64,000 nucleotides of DNA from Bugula neritina. Taxonomy: Eukaryota > Animalia > Bryozoa. Both the position numbers and the translations under genes were made by a program. Where the stretch lies: NCBI GenBank assembly GCA_964035545.1, contig OZ037766.1, positions 33,445,923 through 33,509,922 on the forward strand. The letters are read 5' to 3'. The stretch's first letter is position 1. Every line of letters begins with the position of its first letter. The notes beneath the pieces are model-generated. The model saw nothing but the letters and a program-made list of their open reading frames with translations, ran no database searches and was not told the DNA's origin. Of this stretch, positions 27,422 to 39,851 are shown piece after piece.

Positions 27422-30400
27422 ATGCCTGAATGGAGGCATCTGATTGGTCAGTTTGTGAGGGAGTCTAATGCAAGTGAAAGAGAGGCTGATCCGGAGACAG
27501 CAGAGCTGACTAAGTCAGCACACTACAGCTATGATCAGAAAGAAGACATTGCGCTGAATATTCAACCCAAGACTTACCAGTCTTATGATCAGGCAGAAGA
27601 TAACTCCACAAGCACATTTGCAGAGGTTAGATAATTCCACCAATCCTAACAGAGCTTAGATAACTCCACAAATATTGTAATAGGGTTAAATAATTCTCAT
27701 AAAATATTTGAAATGATGTGCTCACAGAAATGCAGCAGTAATTTGGTATTTATAGTAAGATTCTACCCTTCTTTCCTGTTGATATTAGAAATTTAGCGTA
27801 TTGAAGCCTTATAGCTAATAAAGTGGTCATGAATTATTGCAGTAATGCTATAGTGTGGTGATATGATGTGGTAGTATAATATTATGGTAATATAATAATA
27901 TGAAAGTGGTGATAATAGGGAAATGTAATTTTGTAGCTATATATAATATTCAATGCTCATTGGAGGGAAGTTTCATACATTCTCTGCAAACTTTAAATGA
28001 GTATTTGAGAGTTATCTCATCCATATAGCTTTTTATATAGTTTTCAAGTGACCTTTATTACTCAGGTGTAGGAGTTAGCTGCTCATACCTAACAACACTA
28101 TAATACATAATAATATAATATAGTATATAATAATATAATATAAAACATAATAACATAATATAAAACATAATAATATAATATAGTACATAATAATATAATA
28201 TAATACATAATAATATAATATAATAATTATAATACATAATAATATAATATAATACATAATAACATATAATGCTTCTATAAGCTGCCAGTCAAAGCATTTT
28301 TCTAGTGATGGTAGTTTCTGGTTAGAAGTTGGTTTCATGATATTATTGTTAAGCAACTGGCTTGCTGTTGGTATACAAAGTATTGATTGTGCAGCTGTAT
28401 TAAGGTGGTAAAGCAGTAGATATTGACTTATATCCAAAAAGCTAAAGCTGCTACTAGTACACAAATAAACCTATTGCCGAGAACATGCTGGTTTCTAACA
28501 TTCCAGCAAGCTGTTTAATGCCCAATTGTCCGTTGGAGTTGAAATAGTTAAATTATTAATATAACGTATGAATTACAGCTGTTAGATGCATGTGAGCAAT
28601 CGATTGAGCGAATGCGTCTGATTGGCTAGTGGAAATGCCCTTGATGCGTATATGAATGCTCATTATTACTATTGATGCACTAATAAAAAGTGGCATTGAC
28701 ACTACAACATATAGTTGATACAATATACTGTAGCGGAGGCTATATAGTGTTAGTATAATATACACGTGTATTAGTGTATTACATATTTGTTAGCAAGCTG
28801 CAAGGGATACCAGTTGCATGTGGATCAATATTGGTTACTGCAAAGTAAAGCCACTTCCACTAGCAGACTAAGTGGGACTATAGTAGAGCTATACACTGTT
28901 GTTGGGACTATACAGTAGAGCTATACACTGTTGTTAGGACTATACAGTAGAGCTATACACTGCTGTTGGGATTATACAGTAGAGCTATACACTGCTGTTG
29001 GGATTATACAGTAGAGCTATACACTGCTGTTGGGACTATAATAAACACCCGAGTGTATGCTAGGATTCTGGGCTACTGATAGCATTCCAAAACATAAAAG
29101 AGACAAATTATCCAGGAAATGGCAGAACAGATCACTGTTGCATCAGCTATAGTCAGCAATACCCAGTAGTTGTGTCAGCTATAGTCAGTAGTTGTGTCAG
29201 TTATAGTCAGTAGTTGTGTCAGCTATAGTCAGTAGTTGTGTCAGTTATAGTCAGTAGTTGTGTCAGCTATAGTCAGTAGTTGTGTCAGCTATAGTCAGTA
29301 GTTGTGTCAGCTATAGTCAGTAGTTGTGTCAGCTATAGTCAGTAGTTGTGTCAGCTATAGTCAGTAGTTGTGTCAGCTGTAGTCAGTAGTTGTGTCAGCT
29401 GTAGTCAGTAGTTGTGTCAGCTATAGTCAGTAGTTGTGTCAGCTATAGTCAGTAGTTGTGTCAGCTATAGTCAGTAGTTGTGTCAGCTATAGTCAGTAGT
29501 TGTGTCAGCTATAGTCAGTAGTTGTGTCAGCTATAGTCAGTAGTTGTGTCAGCTATAGTCAGTAGTTGTGTCAGCTATAGTCAGTAGTTGTGTCAGCTAT
29601 AGTCAGTAGTTGTGTCAGCTATACTCAGTAGTTGTGTCAGCTGTAGTCAGTTTCCTTAATAATGGTCAACCGGCACTCAGTAGAAAGATTCAGTAGATTT
29701 GGCCACGTAATCAGACTGGACTCTCCTCCTCTGCTTGAGGTGAGAATTTAGAAACTTTACAGTAGCTAGTAGAATATATTATATTACATTATGTGTTATA
29801 ATATATATATTATATTACATACTGTAATGTAATATATTCTATATATTATATTACAGTATGTAATATAATATATATATAATATATTATATTGCAGTATGTA
29901 ATATAATATATAGAATATATTACATTACAGTATGTAATATAATATATAGAATATATTACATTACAGTATGTAATATAATATATAGAATATATTACATTAC
30001 AGTATGTAATATAATATATGGAATATATTACATTACAGTATGTAATATAATACATTGAATATATTGTATTACAGTATGTAATATAATATATTCTATATAA
30101 TATATTATAGTATGTAATATAATATATTCTATATAATATATTACAGTATGTAATATAATATATAGAATATATTATATTACAGTGTGTAATATAATATATA
30201 GAATATATTATTGTATCACAGTATGTATTGAGAGACTATTCAACTTCATCAATCAACTTCCACAATCGTGTAAAGGAAATGATTAGGCAGTTATTGACAA
30301 AGAATTGTATGTTTGCTTGTTTATTGGGTCATTATGACTATTTGAAGAAATACTGCAGCCTATCTCAACCTTAGCAAATCGCAAGCTAGCTACTGTGCTT

Positions 30401-33400
30401 GTATGCTGGGTAGTGTATAGTGTGTACTGTGTAGTGTGTACTGTATAGTGTGTACTGTATAGTGTGTAGTGTGTACTGTGTAGTGTGCAGTGTGTACTGT
30501 GTACTGTGTAGTGTGTACTGTGCTTGTATACTGTATAGTGTGTACTGTGTAGTGTGTACTGTGTAGTGTGTAGTGTGTAGTGTGTACTGTGTAGTGTGTA
30601 CTGTGCAGTGTGTAGTGTATACTGTGTAGTGTATACTGTGTAGTGTATACTGTATACTGTGTAGTGTATACTGTGTAGCGTATACTGTGTAGTGTATACT
30701 GTGTATACTGTGTAGTGTATACTGTGCTTGTATACTGTATAGTGTGTACTGTGTAGTGTGTACTGTGTAGTGTGTAGTGTGTACTGTGTAGTGTGTACTG
30801 GGCAGTGTGTAGTGTATACTGTGTACTGTGTAGTGTATACTGTGTACTGTGTAGTGTATACTGTGTAGTGTGTACTGTGTAGTGTGTAGTGTGTACTGTG
30901 TAGTGTGCACTGTGCAGTGTGTAGTGTATACTGTGTACTGTGTAGTGTGTACTGTGCAGTGTGTAGTGTGTACTGTGTACTGTGTAGTGTGTACTGTGTA
31001 GTGTATACTGTGTAGTGTGTAGTGTATACTGTGTAGTGTATATTGTATAGTGTATACTGTGTAGTGTATACTGTGTAGTGTATATTGTATAGTGTATACT
31101 GTGTAGTGTATACTGTGTAGTGTATATTGTATAGTGTATACTGTGTAGTGTATACTGTGTAGTGTATATTGTATAGTGTATACTGTGTAGTGTGTACTGT
31201 GTAGTGTGTAGTGTATACTGTGTAGTGTGTACTGTGCAGTGTGTAGTGTATACTGTGTACTGTGTAGTGTATACTGTGTAGTGTATACTGTGTAGTGTAT
31301 ACTGTGTAGTGTGTAGTGTATACTGTGTAGTGTGTACTGTGCAGTGTGTAGTGTATACTGTGTACTGTGTAGTGTATACTGTGTAGTGTATACTGTGTAG
31401 TGTATACTGTGTAGTGTGTACTGTGTAGTGTGTAGTGTGTACTGTGTAGTGTGTAGTATGTACTGTGTAGTGTATACTGTGTAGTGTGTACTGTGTAGTG
31501 TGTACTGTGTAGTGTGTACTGTGTAGTGTATACTGTGTACTGTGTAGTGTGTATTGTGTAGTGTATACTGTGTAGTATGTACTGTGTAGTGTATACTGTG
31601 TAGTGTGTACTGTGTAGTGTATACTGTGTACTGTGTAGTGTGTACTGTGTAGTGTATACTGTGTAGTATGTACTGTGTAGTGTATACTGTGTAGTGTGTA
31701 CTGTGTAGTGTATACTGTGTAGTATGTACTGTGTAGTGTATACTGTGCAGTGTGTAGTGTATACTGTGTACTGTGTAGTGTATACTGTATATTTCTCAAA
31801 GGTTTCAGTTTTTAGCATCACCAGTTCGACTGAACAATTGTCATATCTTGTAAAATTGTTTCTATTGCAACTTTATCAGAATAGGGTGAGATCAGCCTTC
31901 CATCATTTCCAAAATGACTTTAAGCGTTATCAGTCAACAACTTGAGTGTGCCAGTATAAAATGTGCAACGTGTGACTATGTGGCTGTGTGACTATGTGAC
32001 TGTGTTACTGTGTGACTGTGTGACTGTGTGACTATGTGACTGTGTGACTATGTGACTATGTGACTATGTGACTATGTGGCTGTGTGACTGTGTGGCTGTG
32101 TGACTGTGTGACTGCGTGACTATGTGACTGCATAACTGTGTGTGATGGAGTTGATATCTAAGCAAGTGTGAAATAACATAATATTATTTAGCTGAACTTG
32201 AAAGACATTGCATAACATCAAATGACCACAGGTGAGCAGATTGAGGTAATGTGCAGTTGTTTTACCACCTTCTACATTATATAACAATCCAGCAGTAAGT
32301 ATATTATAGATTGTTGAGAACATTTACTAGCTAAAATTCGGCTCATTATCTTAACAGCAACATTAGCTGAAAATACTGCTGGTAGATTTTGGTCATGTGA
32401 CCGCAGAGTTAGTAGAATACACACAGCTAGTGTACACGTATGTAGTAAGTGTATTGTATACATACTCTGGGACAAGCTCGTCACGTGTACAACTCACGCA
32501 GGTAAAAGGAAGAGGATGTGATCAATCAATGCTAGAAGAGTGTTGCATTGTGGGTACATCTCATCTACCACAACACATCTCCGAATAACTTCCTTAAATA
32601 TTAATCAATTCAAAGAATTTGTTTAAAGATGACACGTGGAACCATATTAATAGATTATGTATGTTTTGCAACAGACAATTAACTAATAGGGTGACAAATC
32701 TTTCTTATATGTAAATACCTGTTGAGTATAGTATATACCTGTTGAGTATACTATATACCTGTTGAGTATAGTATATACCTGTTGAGTATAGTATATACCT
32801 GTTGAGTATACTATATACCTGTTGAGTATAGTATATACCTGTTGAGTATACCATATACCTGTTGAGTATACTATATACCTGTTGAGTATGCTATATACCT
32901 GTTAAGTATACCATATACCTGTTGAGATGTATATTTATTTGCGTGGTTGAGAAATTCTCTGTCAGTAACCTTTGTAGAGTGGAATGACCTAAGTGTCAAT
33001 CGCTTGTGAAAGTATATTAAACTGAAACTTAATTTGATCACATTGCGTTGTAGTATAATGTAGCTGTAGAGTTACTGTTCAAAAAATAGTGGATGCTCTT
33101 TATCATATTGTTATGTCATGAACAATTTTCCTTTACTATCACTACAAGTGTTCTCTAATTGTAAAGAGAATAAAAATAAGTAATACTTTGCGTGGAGAGT
33201 GCTGTAGATATGCTTGGCAATGTGAACTTAATACATGCATTATCATAGAATAAGGTTAAAGACAGTTGTATTATTACAGAATGAGGTAAAGGACAGTTGT
33301 ATTATAACAGAATGAGGTAAAGGACAGTTGTATTATTACAGAATGAGGTAAAGGACAGCTATGACACAATTGAAACCGACTCAGAAGAAGGAAGGTTCCA

Positions 33401-36400
33401 GAAGAAGCTACGGACAGAAAATTTCGAGCAAGAAGATGAAGAACCTATCACTAAAAAAATTGTCATTGAGCTGATTATCTGTATTCTGGCATTTGTTGGA
33501 AGGGTAAGTGTTGAATTCAACAGTTGAGAGGGGAAAGTGTTGAATTCAACAGTTGAGAGGGGTAAATGTTGAATTCAACAGTTGAGAGGGGTAAGTGTTG
33601 AATTCAACAGTTGAAAAGGGTAAGTGTTGAATTCAACAGTTGAGGAGGGTAACTGTGGAATTCAACAGTTGGGAAAGATAAGTGTTGAATTCAACAGTTG
33701 AGAGGGGAAAGTGTTGAATTCAACAGTTGAGAGGGGTAAATGTTGAATTCAACAGTTGAGAGGGGTAAGTGTTGAATTCAACAGTTGAAAAGGGTAAGTG
33801 TTGAATTCAACAGTTGAGGAGGGTAACTGTGGAATTCAACAGTTGGGAAAGATAAGTGTTGAATTCAACAGTTGATGAGGGTAAGTGTGGAATTCAACAG
33901 ATGAGAAAGATAAGGGTTGAATTCAACAGTTGAGAGGGGTAAGTGTTGAATTCTACAGTTCATTTGGATGTTGTATTCGTTGAAAGGATAAGTGTCCATT
34001 GTAGTCTATCAACAGAAGGTTTAGTTGAGAAAATATTGTTACTATGGAGTTACCTTCTCAATTGATTCTGTCTGGAGGAATATCTATGAGCATGAAAATT
34101 AGCGTTATTTGTAATTCACTTTTTTATTTTAGTTTTTCTTTCTGTCTTACCAGCAATTGGTTAAAAGTAAATAACATACAGATATATGTATGAATCATAT
34201 ATTTTTATACGTCATATATTTATATGTCATATATGTATTTATTCGTCGCATATATCAACATGCATAGAAACAGGTGAAGACAACTCTGAATTTACATTGC
34301 TCACTCCATTTGAATGTAATTTAAATATTTTCCCATATTTCTGGGAAATCCCAAATGAAACATTTCTATGGCTCAACATTCATAATATTTTGCAGCTTCA
34401 TTTATTGTATTAATCTAACATTTTGGAATATTCACATTCATATTTCTTGGAACTCGGTCTATCTTTATTGAATATCATACCACACTTCCATAATAAGTAA
34501 TAACATGTATATCTCTAGGGTCTTTGCCTGAACTCTGTGGGACCCACATTGATTGACCTGAGACAGATTGCTCATTTCACAGTACCACAGGCTGCATGGA
34601 TCTTTGTATCTCAGTCTACAGGCTTTCTCATTGGTTCCTTGCTAGCTAAGAAAGTTCTTCAAGAGTAAGTCATCAGATTTTTTTTATCCTTTACTTACTA
34701 CTTACACTAGTTTACTTACTACTTACACTAGTTTACTTACTCCTTACACTAGTTTACTTACTACTTACACTAGTTTACTTACTACTTACACTAGTTTACT
34801 TACTACTTACACTAGTTTACTTACTACTTACACTAGTTTACTTACTACTTACACTAGTTTACTTACTACTTACACTAGTTTACTTACTACTTACACTAGT
34901 TTACTTACTACTTACACTAGTTTACTTACTACTTACACTAGTTTACTTACTACTTACACTAGTTTACTTACAACTTACACTAGTTTACTTCCTACTTACA
35001 CTAGTTTACTTACTACTTACACTAGTTTACTTACTACTTTCACTAGTTTACTTACTACTTACACTAGTTTACTTACTACTTACACAGTTTACTTACTACT
35101 TACACTAGTTTACTCACTACTTACACTAGTTTACTTACTGCTTACACTAGTTTACTTACTACTTACACTAGTTTACTTACTACTTACACTAGTTTACTTA
35201 CTACTTACACTAGTTCACTCACTACTTACACTAGTTTACTCACTACTTACACTAGTTTACTTACTACTTACACTAGTTTACTTACTGCTTACACTAGTTT
35301 ACTTACAGCTTACACTAGTTTACTTACTGCTTACACTAGTTTACTTACTACTTACACTAGTTTACTTACTGCTTACACTAGTTTACTTACTACTTACACT
35401 AGTTTACTTACTACTTACACTAGTTCACTTACTGCTTACACTAGTTTACTTACTGCTTACACTAGTTTACTTACTACTTACACTAGTTTACTTACTACTT
35501 ACACTAGTTTACTTACTACTTACACTAGTTTACTTACTACTTACACTAGTTTACTTACTGCTTACACTAGTTTACTTACTACTTACACTAGTTTACTTAC
35601 TACTTTCACTAGTTTACTTACTACTTACACTAGTTTACTTGCTACTTACACTAGTTTACTTACTACTTACACTAGTTTACTTACTACTTACACAGTTTAC
35701 TTACTACTTACACTAGTTTACTTACTACTTACGTCTATCAACATAATATTTGCAGGATCAACAACGAGTTTGCACTTTCTATGTGCCTCTTCTCTCAGGC
35801 CATATTCTCGGCGCTCATCCCGGCTTTTAGAAGTGCCGTGGTTATGTGTCTAATGTTCATTGGTCAGGGCTTTGCCATAGGAGTTGTGGGTATAGGTGAG
35901 CATGATATTACAATACCACAGGTTATACAACACTACACTATATACACTACATACTACACTATATACACTACATACTACACTATATACACTACATACTACA
36001 CTATATACACTACACTACATATGACACTACACTATATACAATACTACACTATGTGCTACACTATACTACCGACAAAGCTAAGATTATGTAACTCTGCATT
36101 CACTTTTTTGCTTTTCCATAGGAGTTTGCGCCACATGCATTCGCATTGGTGGGAAGAATAGAAATGGTATGTTTCTACAGGCAGCCTACTTGGGAGTTTC
36201 TATTGGCAGCGTTTGCGGGCCGTTCATTGCACGCCCCTTCCTCTCCAACTTAGCTAAGCAAGAAATTAACCATCAGGGAGAGCAGCCAAGACTTGTAAAC
36301 ACGCACCTCTATGGAAAGTAAGAAATGTACTTATTTGTGTATATACAATACTTATTCTACTGTGTACATACAGTACTTACTCTACTGTGTACATACAATA

Positions 36401-39194
36401 CTTATTCTACTGTGTACATACAGTACTTACTCTACTGTGTACATACAATACTTACTCTACTGTATACATACAGTACTTACTCTACTGTGTACATAAAATA
36501 CTTACTCTACTGTGTACATACAGTACTTACTCTACTGTGTACATAAAATACTTACTCTACTGTGTACATACAGTACTTACTCTACTGTGTACATAAAATA
36601 CTTACTCTACTGTGTATATACAGTACTTACTCTACTGTGTACTTACAGTACTTACTCTACTGTGTATAGTACTTGCAGTACTTACTCTGTAACACACACT
36701 TATGTTTTCAGCAAAGCAAACTTTGAGTTGACGAGTACAACTCCACAACTACTCCCAGAATACTCGATACACACCAACCTCAGCATAGATAACACAAGCT
36801 CTGCTGTTCCACCTGAGACACAGCTCTTTACAAAGACTCACGTCTACTTCTATTACGTCATAATAGGACTGGTGCTGTGTGTCCCAGCTAGCTCCTTCTT
36901 TGCCCTCTACTACCAAAGTGGCAGCTCTGTTAGAAACACTAAGATAGACTCATCTCATTCGGAGTCGCTTTCACTGCAAGACTGTACAGCACCACTGCTC
37001 ATTGCCATCATTCTGATATTCATACAGTGTCTGCTCTACTTTGGCATACAAGACACTTACAGTAACCTCCTCACTACCTTCGCTATACTCGGTCCCCTCC
37101 ACTTCACCAAGACTCAAGGTGTTTACCTGTCGTCCCTTTTCTGGGCCTCCATGTGTTTTGGTAGACTTAATGGTGAGCCAAAGTATATATTCTCTACATA
37201 TATATCTGCTTACAGTATTATATACTCCCTACATATATATCTGCTTACAGTATTATATACTCCCTACATATCTATCTGCTTACAGTATATACTCTCTACA
37301 TATCTATCTGCTTACAGTATTATATACTCTCTACATATCTATCTGCTTACAGTATCATATACTCCCTACATATATATCTGCTTACAGTATTATATACTCT
37401 CTACATATCTATCTGCCTACAGTATTATATACTCTCTACATATATATCTGCTTACAGTATTATATACTCTCTACATATATATCTGCTTACAGTATTATAT
37501 ACTCCCTACATATATATCTGCTTACAGTATTATATACTCCCTACATATCTATCTGCTTACAGTATATACTCTCTACATATCTATCTGCTTACAGTATTAT
37601 ATACTCTCTACATATATATCTGCTTACAGTATATACTCTCTACATATATATCTGCTTACAGTATTATATACTCCCTACATATCTATCTGCTTACAGTATT
37701 ATATACTCTCTACATATATATCTGCTTACAGTATTATATACTCTCTACATATATATCTGCTTACAGTATTATATACTCCCTACATATATATCTGCTTACA
37801 GTATTATATACTCCCTACATATCTATCTGCTTACAGTATTATATACTCTCTACATATCTATCTGCTTACAGTATCATATACTCCCTACATATATATCTGC
37901 TTACAGTATTATATACTCTCTACATATCTATCTGCCTACAGTATTATATACTCCCTACATATCTATCTGCTTACAGTATATACTCCCTACATATATATCT
38001 GCTTACAGTATATACTCTCTACATATCTATCTGCTTACAGTGTTATATACTCTCTACATATATATCTGCTTACAGTATTATATACTCCCTACATATATAT
38101 CTGCTTACAGTATTATATACTCCCTACATATATATCTGCTTACAGTAGTATATACTCTCTACATATCTATCTGCTTACAGTATATACTCTCTAAATATAT
38201 ATCTGCTTACAGTATATACTCTCTACATATATATCTGCTTACAGTATTATATACTCCCTACATATCTATCTGCTTACAGTATATACTCTCTACATATCTA
38301 TCTGCTTACAGTATCATATACTCCCTACATATCTATCTGCTTACAGTATTATATACTCCCTACATATATATCTGCTTACAGTATTATATACTCTCTACAT
38401 ATCTATCTGCTTACAGTATTATATACTCCCTACATATGTATCTTACAGTGTGTGCTATATTTTTATATTTTCAGGTATTTGGATAGCAAAGCTGATTTCT
38501 CCATTTAAGCTCCTACTAATAGACATGATAGTTGGGGGCATAGCAGCTGCCGCCCTTCTGTTTTTCTCTAGTAGGTCCCCAGGTGTACTGTGGACTTTCA
38601 CTGTTCTCTTGGGTCTATCATTTGCCACTATAAATGGTGCGACAGTATCCTGGGCAGCCAAGCATTTGCCAGGTGAGATGTCATTGTTATAGAGTATAGA
38701 CAGGTGAGATGTTAATGTTATATAGAGTATAGACAGGTGAGATGTCATTGTTATATAGAGTATAGACAGCTGAGATGTTATTGTTATATAGAGTATAGAC
38801 AGGTGAGATGTTAATGTTATATAGAGTATAGACAGATGAGATGTTAATGTTATATAGAGTATAGACAGGTGAGATGTCATTGTTATATATAGTATAGACA
38901 GGTGAGATGTCAATATTGTTTTGTGATTTGACAGGAAACAACTATATTTTGGCTATAATAATGGTTGGCCGATGCTGTGGACTGCTGGTATTGCCCACTA
39001 CAGTCACCACTCTATTCAGACTGACGGGCCCCATAACCCTAATGTATGCACTGTTCTTTGTCGTCTGCACAATGACAGCAGCCTTGACACTTGCTCATTT
39101 CATCTCTCTCAAGTTTGGTGTCGAAGGGAAACTTCACAGTAAATCAGAAATGAGAAAGTTGAAGAAAGAAACTGAAGATGGTGCAAGTATTTAG
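27422..39194 (+). CDS. MFS transporter, MFSD4/NaGLT1-like, paralog C (~588 aa)
   Basis: Exons 27422-27625, 33342-33503, 34519-34664, 35756-35895, 36122-36317, 36712-37172, 38475-38672, 38935-39194. First exon assigned by phase 0 and the PKTYQSYD motif shared with A (KPYQTYD) and B (KKYKSYG). Confidence 0.86.
28100..28270. repeat. AT-rich low-complexity repeat (TACATAATAATATAATATAA-like)
   Basis: Direct reading. Confidence 0.8.
28873..29040. repeat. 32-bp repeat GGGACTATACAGTAGAGCTATACACTG(T/C)TGTT
   Basis: ~5 copies, MFS-C intron 1. Confidence 0.92.
29164..29651. repeat. 22-bp repeat CAGTAGTTGTGTCAGCTATAGT
   Basis: ~22 copies, MFS-C intron 1. Confidence 0.96.
29845..30225. repeat. ~33-bp AT-rich repeat TTACAGTATGTAATATAATATATAGAATATATTACA
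   Basis: Direct reading. Confidence 0.85.
30410..31788. repeat. 7/14-bp repeat ACTGTGTAGTGT(A/G)T
   Basis: 1.4 kb array; source of the YTLHST spurious ORFs. Confidence 0.96.
31970..32130. repeat. 8-bp repeat TGTGACT(A/G)
   Basis: Direct reading. Confidence 0.92.
32715..32927. repeat. 20-bp repeat ATACCTGTTGAGTATA(G/C)TAT
   Basis: ~10 copies. Confidence 0.95.
33240..33358. repeat. 31-bp acceptor-spanning repeat TGTATTATTACAG|AATGAGGTAAAGGACAGT, 4 copies
   Basis: Last copy is the real start of MFS-C exon 2. Confidence 0.9.
33502..33960. repeat. 29-bp donor-spanning repeat GG|GTAAGTGTTGAATTCAACAGTTGAGAG, ~16 copies, MFS-C intron 2
   Basis: First copy is the real donor; contains palindrome TGTTGAATTCAACA; a 6-unit higher-order block is duplicated. 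Confidence 0.96.
34690..35732. repeat. 21-bp minisatellite TTTACTTACTACTTACACTAG, ~50 copies, MFS-C intron 3
   Basis: Direct reading. Confidence 0.97.
35930..36068. repeat. Degenerate ACTACATACTACACTATATAC repeat, MFS-C intron 4
   Basis: Direct reading. Confidence 0.85.
36338..36690. repeat. 25-bp repeat CAGTACTTACTCTACTGTGTACATA, MFS-C intron 5
   Basis: ~14 copies. Confidence 0.94.
37185..38449. repeat. 32/35-bp minisatellite ATATCTGCTTACAGTATTATATACTC(C/T)CTACATAT, MFS-C intron 6
   Basis: ~37 copies. Confidence 0.97.
38670..38912. repeat. 33-bp donor-spanning repeat CAG|GTGAGATGTCATTGTTATATAGAGTATAGA, MFS-C intron 7
   Basis: ~8 copies; first is the real donor. Confidence 0.95.
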
Positions 39195-39851
39195 ACTTCG
39201 TTAGGGAACATTCGTCCGGCACTCATGTTTAAATGTTGTGATAAAATAGTTTATCTTTTCATTCACTGATTTCTCTGCATCTTTTACTAACTAACTGTTT
39301 TTTGTGAAATGATATTTTTGGAATATTCTAATCTCTAATACAGATTAATTTCCTTACCCACTTTTCTCTCAACTTTACTTCTTTGATTACCACTTTCTAC
39401 CAAAGCACCGGTACGTTGCCACTTCTACTGCTACTATACTCATCTCACACAAACAATTAACATGTTATATGCAACATCATAATATAACTTGATATAATTA
39501 TATACTAACTGTATGTTGTGATACAGAGAACTCTTGCATATACTATACTATGCACTGCATGACATAATGCAGACAGCAGTCTGTGTTATCAAAGTCAACT
39601 GTTTATTTATAGAGTAAACCCTTGTTTATATATATATGTATATGTTTATATATATGTGTAATTATAAAGTCTATTCCAAGATAAACATTCAGCTAGTCTG
39701 TGTTATACTACAAGTCAGTCAGCTATATGACATACAGTTCAGCTACTGACTTACACATATACAGCTACTTACACTTATACAGCTACTTACTTACACATAT
39801 ACAGCTACTGACGTACACACATAAAGTTGCGGGCACACTGAAGAGTTAAGA

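Noticed and set aside
30283-31821. 469-512 aa minus-strand His/Thr/Tyr-rich ORFs
   Set aside because: Simple-repeat translation within MFS-C intron 1.
31785-31965. Non-repetitive island between arrays as a possible Helitron/MITE fragment
   Set aside because: No termini, hairpin or second copy demonstrable within the window.
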